Shown here one piece after another: positions 13,298-23,589 of a stretch of DNA of 64,000 nt. The stretch covers positions 6,926,864-6,990,863 of the forward strand of contig CM121342.1 of the NCBI GenBank assembly GCA_051530055.1, given 5' to 3'. The stretch is from Neoechinorhynchus agilis. Taxonomy: Eukaryota > Animalia > Acanthocephala. The notes beneath the pieces were generated by a model that saw only the letters and a program-made list of their open reading frames with translations, was not told the DNA's origin and made no database searches. The position numbers and the translations under genes are program-made. The stretch's first letter is position 1; each line of letters starts with the position of its first letter.

Positions 13298-14527
13298 TCA
13301 ATCCTTCTCAGATTGTTTCTCGGAACGATCTTTCTCAGCCTGAACTTCTGCACTTATCCGCGCGGCAGATATTAACATTGAGTTCAATGTAGGCGTCCAA
13401 TTCTTCGATGGAACATTCGATGTCAGTTTATTGCTTTGCTGGAGTAATTCACCTTGGGCCGACGATAAATTTATTAATCTGCCGAGGGTTTGTAGTGTTT
13501 CTTCTAAGAAGGGCGAGGGTTTCAAAGGTTCAGTTGCACTTCGGTTTAAAGTGCTCGATTCTTGCATTCTGGTTCTCCGTGATTTTGTTCGTGGTTGTTG
13601 CTCAATTTGGTCTAACGGCACTCCGCGCTTTAAAGATTTTTGCCCTTGCTTAATTGAAGAACATTTAAGATCTCCTGTTCGTATCACCGCTTTTTTAGTT
13701 TTAACGGCTGAACTTGTTTTTGCATCCAAAAAACCTTCGATAATCGCACAGGATTTACAATAGTAAAGATCATTTCGACGGTATCGGATTCGACTTACAA
13801 CAACTTTGCATCGATTGCATTGACGTTGAACTTTTGCTCGTTTCGCCCGCGTTGAACTTGTTTCCGGGTGCTTGCGTTTTGTCGGTTCAATGGTTCTTTT
13901 GCTGAACGCTTCGCTGAAACTGTCTTCATTTTGGTCTTGACTTTGCTCGACAGCAATATTCGTTTGGTCTTTTGGAATACTGATTTTTATGCATTTCTCA
14001 CAAAGACAGAGTCTACAATAATCAAACAATTTAGAAATTTCACTCATTCCACATTTAATGCAACATCGAATATCGCCAGTGTCTCCAGTCTTGTCTTCTA
14101 ATTCTGGGTTCTGCTTCACTCGCTTTTTAGTATCTTCAATGTCGGTGTGAGTTTCTACGGCGCCATCAACTCTGTTCTCAATCTTTATCTTTCCCGCTTT
14201 TTTCGCATCGATAGTTGTAACGGAATCATCGTTCAATACACATTTTACACTCACATTCGCAATCTTGCTTACATTGAGAAGCATTTTTAAACCGCTCAAT
14301 CTTTCTGCCAAAGTTTCGTTGGTTTCTTTAAGTTCAACGTCCAGCAATCCCTGACGAGATATTTCTAGCCCTTGGTTCACTTTTGGTTCACTGTCATGGC
14401 CGTCAATAATTTTGATATCGGTAAGATCGATTTGTTCAGTTGTTGACCTTTCTCGCTCTGCGTTCTCAAGCTTGTTGTCCACTTGAGCAAGAATTTCTTG
14501 AAGAACTTCAATAATCTCAGGATTCAT
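13298..14527 (-). CDS. Orphan protein (~409 aa from MNPEIIEV) with CxxC clusters and a basic low-complexity C-terminus
   Basis: Uninterrupted 458-codon ORF (13298-14674); first ATG at 14527. Motifs CCIKC...YCRLCLCEKC and CNRC...YYCKSC. No family recognised. Confidence 0.6.
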   Translation of the reverse strand: MNPEIIEVLQEILAQVDNKLENAERERSTTEQIDLTDIKIIDGHDSEPKVNQGLEISRQGLLDVELKETNETLAERLSGLKMLLNVSKIANVSVKCVLNDDSVTTIDAKKAGKIKIENRVDGAVETHTDIEDTKKRVKQNPELEDKTGDTGDIRCCIKCGMSEISKLFDYCRLCLCEKCIKISIPKDQTNIAVEQSQDQNEDSFSEAFSKRTIEPTKRKHPETSSTRAKRAKVQRQCNRCKVVVSRIRYRRNDLYYCKSCAIIEGFLDAKTSSAVKTKKAVIRTGDLKCSSIKQGQKSLKRGVPLDQIEQQPRTKSRRTRMQESSTLNRSATEPLKPSPFLEETLQTLGRLINLSSAQGELLQQSNKLTSNVPSKNWTPTLNSMLISAARISAEVQAEKDRSEKQSEKD

Positions 14528-15839
14528 TGTATAGTTTGCTGTTCTGAATATTAACTTAATAGATATTTTCGTTGAGGATTGGAGAATTGTGAGATGTTCG
14601 TAGTAATGCTCGTTAGCAATTGTAAATGTATTGGATACGCTTTTATTCTTTTCGCCATAACCCAAATATAACAAACAATTAATTATTTTGCTTATTTATT
14701 GACGACTATTTGCTGTAATTTCGCGATTATTGTGTAGTTTTACGAATCACTTGTTGATTATCACCGCCACTCGCATTTGCGACAAATTATGTAAACCGTC
14801 GATCGTGTTTCCGGTTCGGTTCTTTTCGCGATCATCATTTGATTATCAATGAAACTTAAATCGACGACACTTTTTGTAAGCCCAATAATGGTTTGATTGC
14901 ATAGTTGATAAAATTTTCGTGCGGCGATTTCATTTAAAAAACAATACTTAATTTCCATTCATTGTATCCACATTAATTTTTTCATACGAGAACGCCACTT
15001 TACGAACATTTTTATTCTGATTTTCTTGTCGACATTATCAACATCACTGTTTAATAAACAAACGAATTTTCTTCGTCAGGTCTCTAGGTTTACAGTTTCA
15101 TTAAGTACTCATAACTTTGTAACTTTTCATTTTGTCTTCGAACAAAAAGCCTTTGACGATTAATTGATTTCTATTTTTGAAGACTGGCCAGCGGGCAACT
15201 TTTCTGTATCTATGTTCGGCCTTTTTCACGGCTGATAATTTTCCTTGAGCCCACAGCCCACTGATCTGGTTCACGGAGGCGCATAAAATCACATAATACT
15301 CGGATTTTCAGTGGCCGATTTTAAAACCGTGAAGTATTTTTTATAAAGAAATAAATAATCTTATGTTTTAATTCTACTTATCTTTGTGCACTCAGCTACC
15401 ACTTTTAAACTTTAAATAGTCCAAAAATTAAAATAAGAGCCGAAAATGTTGATTAAGCACTATAGTAACTCTAAATGGTTTGAAAGCTTTGAAGCTTCTT
15501 TTGGAAGTAACAATGCCGCCAAAAAGAAGAAATAGAAGAAAAAATGCCAGGATCAACACTAAGACAAAAATAATAAAATCTCCTTCGCGAAAACTTGTAC
15601 GATGTCGCGCTTTCCTATAGGTTGAAATTCAGATCGTTAAACTAAAAACTGAATTGGCTGCTGTAAATGAAGGAGGAAAATATTACAAACTGCGTGTTCG
15701 GGACGCTGAACGAGTTATTGGCGAACTAAGCGAACGATATTCAAAGCCATCATCTTATATTGATATGCAACCAACATTAGAAGTTATTTCGTTTAAAAAG
15801 TTTAAATACCAGTAAATTCGGAAATTTATAGGCCATTGC

Positions 15840-16680
15840 GAAGCATTTTAAAAAATTGTAAGTTTCCTGAAAGGACGAATTAGAAGAGACTGAAAATAAG
15901 AGACGGGAACTGTTGAATAATGTGATTCGCTGTGACCAGCGAGTTTGGAACGATCTTCTAAAACAACGACTGATAACAATAACCAGTGAAATCGAAAAGA
16001 CTGTATTGAATGCATTTTTGAAATAAAATTTCAAGATCACGCACAGCTTTGAGTTTCCGACAATCGCCTCTGCACCACAAACTGTTCAGCAATCTAACTA
16101 AATGGGGCGAAGCAGCATCCCTATTTTTCCGCGATCCTTTTATTTAAAATTTTTGCTGTTAAGCGGCGCAGATTTGTTCCAATTGCGATGGAACGAATCC
16201 CACCTTCCTTTTTGCTAGGGCACACAAAGATGCGCCGAAAAATAACTCAATTGCTTTCGGAATCAAGTCTCACCATGCAAATTGACCGACTAAGCGTTCC
16301 AATGCAATTTCAAGAGACTGAGCAGCGTCACCTACTGAAAAGGAAGTCATATCCTTTAGGTGTTTTGGCCGCAACCCGTCTAGCCTGGGAGCTGATCCGT
16401 TAGCAAAAGAAGATATTACCATCTTCATTTCTGATTTCGATGATAAAATATAAGGGATCGTATCGAAGAAGGAGGATTTAACGAAAAACTACCGTCCGCC
16501 GACAATCGGAAGTTTGGAACGAAGAGTTTGTTAGGTTTATTCGTTATCTTTGGCGAGACTATCGATTGAAAATAAAAGACGAACTGCTCCTCTGATATCT
16601 CCGCCTGCGAGCTTTGAAGAAACGCTTCCAGCAAGCGACCGATTTGAGTTTCGGCGATGGTAAAGCTCCTGGACACACTT
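15840..16680 (-). mobile_element. Older CRE-like RT fragment (copy 2)
   Basis: Paralog of 7900-8740. Confidence 0.7.
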
Positions 16681-17081
16681 CCTTTATTTTAATTATTTAA
16701 AAATTCAATATGTTAAATATGTTAACTGCATGTTGAATAGATTGGAAAAACCTAAGATAAATCGTTTTATTGTATTCTTAGAGGGTAACGGAATTACTGA
16801 ATTTTTAATCCAAAATTTTGCGCGATTTTTTGTGTATAAGAAATTAACGGATTTATCGTCGGTCCAAAACCATACGGAGGCGTCCTCTACCAAGAACACA
16901 CAACAAAATATCTTCTTTACTAACCAAAAACTTAAAATTTGGTTTACTAAAAGTCACTCAAGTGATGAATAGTGGAAGTTAAATTTGAATTTTTCTCAGC
17001 GCACCGGTGAAAAAAGTAATGTATTACTCATACATTCATCCTTCACGAGTTATCTCGATTTTTCGTCGTCGTTCAACCGCA

Positions 17082-19008
17082 ATGCTTCTTGTGCTTTTCT
17101 TAAATATTCTATTATTAATAATTCCACTAAGTCTTGTTTCAATGGAACAGCATGGAAAAGAACCGAAATGCGAGATAACGCACTCGCATCCTATTTTAGC
17201 CTTTGGAATACGATGCTACGAAAATGATGCTGTTGGGAAAATGGAATCGATTATTAATTTATTACGATCTGCTCAACGCAATCAAGAAAATTTTGTATTT
17301 AGTAATGTCGATCTTAAAGATATTGCGCAATATTTTGTTTTGTTATTTCCTCGAGTCGTAAAGGTAACTGTCCTTCATGAATACGAACAATCATACAGAT
17401 CGTCAGTACTGAGCAGTTCTTTACTTTATAAACTCAAACGTGTAAAAGAGTTAAATATAAAGAGAGCTGGAATTGTTAAGATTGATGAAGACGCTTTTAA
17501 AGAATTTAAGAGACTTGTTCGACTAAGTTTGAGTTTCAACAGCATATCCTTAATTCCGGCAAAATTCCCACTGCAATTACCGTTATTGAAGATACTCCGT
17601 TTATCAAACAATATGCTAACAAGTGAAAGTATAGATGTTATTTGCAGGCTACGATACCTGAAACTATTGGATTTAAGTTATAATTTGATAGATCATTTAG
17701 GTTCGTCGCGCTCCGGCTATTTTTACTATCTTGAGGAATTGTACATAGTTGGAAATCCAATTAAATCCGTATACAAAATGGAATCGTTTAAAAATCTTCG
17801 TTATCTCCATATTACGTATCTCGAAAATGTCAACGATTTATTGAGTTGTAAAGACCAATATTCCAAACTATATGAATTCATGGTCACAAATGGATCGGCT
17901 AAAGCGTTTGACACTAATTTGTTAGCTGCAGCGCCTCGACTTGAAAATCTTGAGATTACGAGAAATCAATTAGAATCGATTCCAGCTGGAAACCAACAAA
18001 CGAATGAAAATATAAAGAAATTTTCGTTGGCGTATAATCAAATAACATTCATCAACGAAAATGATTTCGATGACTATACAAGTCTTATAGAACTCCATCT
18101 TCCGCACAATAGGATTAATGGCTTCCATAGAAATGCATTTTCAAAGTTAACGAGATTGAGAGATATATTTCTTGATTATAATCAAATAAAGACGATCAGC
18201 TCGGGCAGTTTAAGGAATAATCGCCTACTGGAAATCTTCTCGATTAGTTACAACCAATTAAATCATGTCCATTGCAAATCACTGAAATACAGGAAACTTC
18301 CAATACGTCGATTTGTCTGGAAATCGAATTCGAGATTTGATTGCAAGAAATTCTCCAACACATTTGATTGCATACGTCGCTTTATGGTTAAATAAAATAT
18401 CCGCAGTAACCTTCAGCAGAACAAAAAGTTACAAGGCTCTCGCAAACTTCGGCCTTTATTCGGAATACGTCCCTCAGTCAATTTTGACCGCGTTGAAGAT
18501 CTATGGTCAAAACGCTACGAGGGTTATATCGCTAACAAACAAAAATCTGACAACCTTCAGAGAAATAGACATATGGCTAACGATCAATATTTTAATTTCA
18601 CTCGACTTGACTGATAACCAAATAACTATGCTTGGACCAACCGATTTTTCGGGTTTATTCAATCTTAAATATTTGAGTCTTCAATCAAATATAATCACCA
18701 AAATAAAATCAGAAGCTTTTGAAGCTGTTAGCCTTTTGCAAGCTATCGATCTCAGTCAAAACAAACTCAGTACAATTCCAGTTGATGCGTTCGATGGATT
18801 GGAAAATCTTATATTTTTTAATCTGGCTGATAACAAACTTAGAAGCATACCAGGAAGTCTTCATGATCTAAAAATGCCAAATCTTGTTTTCTTGAATGTT
18901 TCAAACAATCAAGTCCAATCCTTTAATATTGAACACTTCGCAATGATGAGATCACTGGGGCAGATAGTCGTCGAAGGACTGAAAATTGAAGCAATCTTTT
19001 ATTACTGA
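17082..19008 (+). CDS. Intronless secreted LRR protein, copy 2 (net 2-bp deletion at ~18276-18285)
   Basis: Paralog of 9141-11070; ORFs 17007-18395 and 18313-19008. cattgcaaatcactgaaatac here versus cattgcaatctttttcggaatac in copy 1. Confidence 0.85.
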
Positions 19009-19564
19009 ATTGTAAGATTTAATATTAAAACGTTTCATTGTAAGAGTCGTTTAAAGATGAGCGCAAGGAACATACAGAAATTAAAGGTGTAACATTTTAA
19101 TCCATTGATTCAATGACATGAAGAATTTCTTTAGATTGTAATTCTTGGTGTTTTATCATAAACTGGCTTCTCTCCCTCGAGCACAACACCTTTAAAATTT
19201 ATCTCCTCGAACGCCTCCGACATTTAGGAATCCCTTCACCCGATCTCTACAAATTTTACTTCTGCTTTATTTTACCTTCCCTCGCCTGCGGTTATCCCGT
19301 ATTTTGCAACGGTTCCAAATCTCAAATCTGTCATCTTAAAATGTTTCACCAAGGAGCCTCTAAAATTTGCGCATCTGACTTTCCCCTCTCTCACCGAATG
19401 CCTTGATGCTATTTTCATAAAACAATCAAAATACCATTTTTTAAGTTTTACTGGCAAGCCGGTATTGTTATCATCATTCAATTTTAGTCAATCCCTTTCT
19501 TGTCCTGCTTATTTATTTAGTCATAAAGTCAAACCAATTAAATCAGCGAAGTGATATAACCACA

Positions 19565-19762
19565 TAGTCTATAATGTCGGTTAAGAGTTTGTACATTCCT
19601 CCGGATCCTCAGATACCTCCAGGAGGCGGGACTCATCAGTGAGTTTCCTCCCTTCAGCGGTATTTCGTCCCCTTTGGCTGTGCGTCATTGGTGGTAACGG
19701 ATTCGAACCACTTGACCCCTAATCGGGATCACGGGCATTAGTCCACTTGACCACCTCGACAC
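19565..19762 (-). mobile_element. tRNA-derived SINE, copy 2
   Basis: A box TGGTCAAGTGG and a perfect B box GGTTCGAATCC on the minus strand; same body as copy 1. Confidence 0.75.
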
Positions 19763-19989
19763 AACTACGAAATGTCAAACTCAGCCAGTTTATCGACTCA
19801 GGGTGAGCACTGTGTTCTTTTTTTTTAAGTTTTACTGGCAAGCCGGTGACTAAAATTGAATGATAATCAAAATACCTATCAACGAGACCATCACAATTTC
19901 TACCTCATTTTATTCCCGTTTTCACACGAGCACAATACTTGTAATCCTAATCCGTTTCATCCTCTCTTGACCTCGCACCTCCCTATATC

Positions 19990-20400
19990 TACGCTCCTTT
20001 TTCCATGCTGCCCAATCTTCTCGGATATCAGAACTTGAAATGAACCAGAGGAACGACCAACCTTGAAAACGCTCCTGCAAGCAATAAATACAAATTCCCA
20101 CCAGAACGGACCTCCCAACCCGATATTCTCAAACGAACGGACACATTCTCACCCGAACGAACCTCCCCCGACTGGATGGTCCCAACCGAATGGACATCCC
20201 TCCAACCAGATATTACCGCCAGAACGGACATCCCTCGACTGGATATTTCCATCCTACGGAAACGCTTTTTTGAACAATCGTGAACTTGATTGCTTGTGAG
20301 GACCCAAAAGTGCATGGTCCTCCTCTTCCTTCTTTGTATTTTTCAACAAAAAACGTGTTATTATACTCGGCTTCGTCCGGGATACATTTAGAGTCCTGTG
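19990..20400 (-). repeat. Dispersed repeat homologous to the 268-bp satellite at 51.4-52.9 kb
   Basis: The reverse complement contains caggagcgttttcaaggttggtcgttcctctggttcatttcaagttctgatatccga and tataataacacgttttttgttg...ttttgggtcctca. Both match the monomer and flank of the 51373-52790 array. Confidence 0.75.
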
Positions 20401-20639
20401 CTTTACATCTCGTACGAACACCAGCATTAGTGGTCATTACAGAGCTCTTAGATAGCCGGATAGTTTTTGTATTTGGTGAAGAAATGAACAAATTGTTCGG
20501 AAAAGTTGTCCATTTGAAAAGCATGGGAATGTCGACATGTGAGGTACAGGGGAATGTGATTGGAAAAACAAACTGATGATGAACCCGACGTGATTCGAAA
20601 CGTCTTTAATAAATAATCATTTACTGGGTGAAGACCTAA

Positions 20640-21150
20640 ACAATAATTCCGAAAAGCATAAGGTTTCTAAATGGATGCCTGCAACCATATTAATGGACAT
20701 AGCGAATGCCAAACTAATCGGGAATTGCAGCCGTTTGATCTCACTCGTAATGAAAGGTATTGTAGGGTTGAACACATCCATGACTGTAGCACAACCTTTC
20801 ATAATCTTTGCTAAAAAAGCGAGTCCCATTACACAATTTTGGAGGATCAATATTGCGCAAAGGCATATTATATGCTCCAATTTTAAGACACAGATTCTAC
20901 GGAGGAAGTTTTGAGGTTCATGCGAATTCAGAAATTCTGTTGGAAAGAATACATTTTGTGCAGGATTTGTGAGAGTGTCGATAGATTTGTAATGTCTAGG
21001 AGGTGCCTGGAATCCACTGTCATTTTGGGGAGCCAAAAAGATCTTTGAAAGAGCCATTCATGTTGTGTATAATTGACATGAATTGTGGGGGAAAACGTGG
21101 TCTTGTAGCTCGTTAAAATTGGCAACAACACTGCAAAAGGATGTGTCAAA
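20640..21150 (-). mobile_element. Helitron RepHel (PIF1 helicase) C-terminal fragment
   Basis: Minus frames give YKSIDTLT...FPTEFLNSHEP, LKIGAYNMPLRNIDPPKLCNGTR and IKRLQFPISLAFAMSIN...GIHLETLCFS, the standard Helitron helicase C-terminal motifs, frameshifted. Confidence 0.88.
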
Positions 21151-21299
21151 TTAAATCAGGCCAACCTTCCCGTCTCCAAGCGTAAGATTGAACACTAAGA
21201 ATAACCTTTGTGACTTATTTAAATAAGTGAGATGATTTAAGACATGCATTCAGTAAGTCGTCAGCAGCTGTAGATTTTGGAATCACGATAAATGTCTAC

Positions 21300-21560
21300 C
21301 GGTAGTCACAAATCAAAGAATTATTAAAACGCAGATCTTGCGGTGTTTGACAAACATCTCCATTGTTTTCTTTCCATACACGGCCGAATGAACACCCGCG
21401 GTCCACCGATTTCGGTCTGGAAAGCAGCAGATCGGCCACGAGATTACACCGAAATCGAAATAGTCCTGGGGGAGTAGTGAATGGTACACCTCGTCGAATG
21501 CTTTCGACCAATCCAATTGATTTGGCGGCTGAAGTAAGAGGCAGTATTGTCGAGGTTGCG
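21300..21560 (-). mobile_element. LINE (CR1/L2-like) RT fragment
   Basis: LDWSKAFDEVYHSLL...FGV matches the LDFSKAFDxVxHxLL RT motif. Confidence 0.6.
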
Positions 21561-22007
21561 TAGGGGCGTGTCATAAATGCAAAATACGGCGCCGGTTGCA
21601 GAAAATTTAGCCGGAAGCCGCATTTGAGACTCGGTACATTCTCCTCGTATTAAAAAAAATAGTCGTAAAATGCACTTTTGATATTGTTTCATCTTTTGTT
21701 CCCTCGTTGTTTCGTAGACACCCACTTCTGTGTATTTACAAGAACAGAATCATAAACTGGAAATGAAAACAAGTTTGCGTTTAATTTCGTTTTATTCTCT
21801 AACCATACATCGTTAAAGTTTCCCTGAGTATTCATTGGGATTCTAAACGACAGAATAAACCTATTGGACACTTCATTGGTTTTAGTATTCATTGACGTTC
21901 ATTTCTATTTCCACAAACGATTTAAGTGATATTTTGGGCGTAAATATTTTTGAATTGATGTCTTGGATTATTATCTTCGGCGGGGAAAAGATACTTTCTT
22001 TTGATTT

Positions 22008-22161
22008 AAATTCACTAATTTATTTCCTCGATATTTCACCTCCTGGATAATTCCGACATTTTCTCAAGGTTTCGTAAAGATTTGCGAAATAATGATAAAC
22101 CTTGTTAAAATGTCGGAATTTTCCGAGAGGTCAAATATCGACGAAATAAATTAGTGAATTT
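22008..22161. mobile_element. Foldback/MITE-like inverted repeat
   Basis: attcactaatttatttcctcgatatttcacctcctggataattccgacatttt is the reverse complement, with a few mismatches, of aaaatgtcggaattttccgagaggtcaaatatcgacgaaataaattagtgaat; caaggttt/aaaccttg extends the stem inward. Confidence 0.8.
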
Positions 22162-22259
22162 TTGAATCTGGGGGGTGGCAAAATTATCAAAAAAGAAAGC
22201 CTTTTTGTGCATTGCTTGTCCATTTTCCGACTATGGGAAACGCGTTCTCCGTTTTTGGA

Positions 22260-23380
22260 TTAAAAAATCTCCTTTTTTATTGTCTTGGTGACCGTTTTAA
22301 GTGCTGTTTTGAACATTTTGGACACTTCATTGACGTTCATCTCGATTTTCCACAAACGATTCAAGTCTTTTTCAGATCTCCTTTTCTTCGCTTGGTGACG
22401 GTTTTAAGTGCTATTTTGAACATTTTGGACACTTCATTGACGTTCATCTTTATTTTCCACAAACGATTCAAGTCTTTTCAGATCTCCTTTTTTTATTGTC
22501 TTGGTGACGGTTTTAAGTGCTATTTTGAACATTTTGGACACTTCATTGACGTTCATCTCGATTTTCCACAAACGATTCAAGTCTTTTTCAGATCTCCTTT
22601 TTTTCGCTTGGTGACGGTTTTAAGTGCTATTTTGAACACTTTGGACACTTCATTGACGTTCATCTCGATTTTCCACAAACGATTCAAGTCTTTTTCAGAT
22701 CTCCTTTTTTTATTGTCTTGGTGACGGTTTTAAGTGCTATTTTGAACACTTTGGACACTTCATTGACGTTCATCTCGATTTTCCACAAACGATTCAAGTC
22801 TTTTTCAGATCTCCTTTTCTTCGCTTGGTGACGGTTTTAAGTGCTATTTTGAACACTTTGGACACTTCATTGACGTTCATCTCCATTTTCCACAAACGAT
22901 TCAAGTCTTTCAGATCTCCTTTTCTTCGCTTGGTGACGGTTTTAAGTGCTGTTTTGAACATTTTGGACACTTCATTGACGTTCATCTCGATTTTCCACAA
23001 ACGATTCAAGTCTTTTTCAGATCTCCTTTTCTTCGCTTGGTGACGGTTTTAAGTGCTATTTTGAACATTTTGGACACTTCATTGACGTTCATCTCGATTT
23101 TCCACAAACGATTCAAGTCTTTTTCAGATCTCCTTTTCTTCGCTTGGTGACGGTTTTAAGTGCTATTTTGAACATTTTGGACACTTCATTGACGTTCATC
23201 TCGATTTTCCACAAACGATTCAAGTCTTTTTCAGATCTCCTTTTTTTATTCACTTGGTTACGGTTTTAAGTGTTATTTTGAACATTTTGGACACTTCATT
23301 GGCGTTCATCTCCATTTTCCGCAAACGATTCAAGTCTTTTCAGATCTCCTTTTTTTTCTTGGCTTGGTGAGTGTTTTTAT
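22260..23380. repeat. Tandem array, ~107-bp monomer (105-110), ~10.5 copies
   Basis: cttggtgacggttttaagtgc recurs at 22284, 22391, 22500, 22607, 22717, 22824, 22929, 23036, 23143, 23253 and 23363. Confidence 0.97.
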
Positions 23381-23541
23381 TGTTATTTTGGAGAACGCAA
23401 ATGATTTTCTATTCTCGAATGACCGCAAGACGCTTGCGTGCTCGCATAAATCCGTGTGAGACGTGTCATTATTTTTCTTGAGATGGCGTAGCTGGGCCAT
23501 AAATAGATTTTCCCATTTGGCGTCTGTGTGTGCGTGCGCTC

Positions 23542-23549
23542 TATAAAAG
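23542..23549 (+). promoter_or_regulatory. Candidate TATA box of the D-LDH gene
   Basis: TATAAAAG 48 nt upstream of the ATG, preceded by a GC/GT-rich tract (gtgtgtgcgtgcgctc). Confidence 0.5.
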
Positions 23550-23589
23550 CCTTCGTTTCTCTCGCTCCCGCATCCATTTTTCAGGCGAT

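Larger units (their letters stand above)
12184..20120 (+). repeat. Tandem segmental duplication, copy 2 (~7.94 kb)
   Basis: Colinear with 4263-12183. Begins with a 5'-part fragment of the CRE element (12184 to ~12850) and diverges from copy 1 context after 20120. Confidence 0.95.

Noticed and set aside
19690-19762. Functional tRNA gene
   Set aside because: A and B boxes are present but acceptor and anticodon stems do not pair properly, and the head runs into a repeat body seen elsewhere; treated as a SINE.
22212-23043. ORFs of 170, 71 and 72 aa
   Set aside because: They are translations of the 107-bp tandem array; the monomer length is mostly not a multiple of 3.
23530-23589. N-terminal extension of D-LDH from GTG at 23530
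   Set aside because: It overlaps the TATA-like box; homology to LdhA begins at the ATG at 23590.
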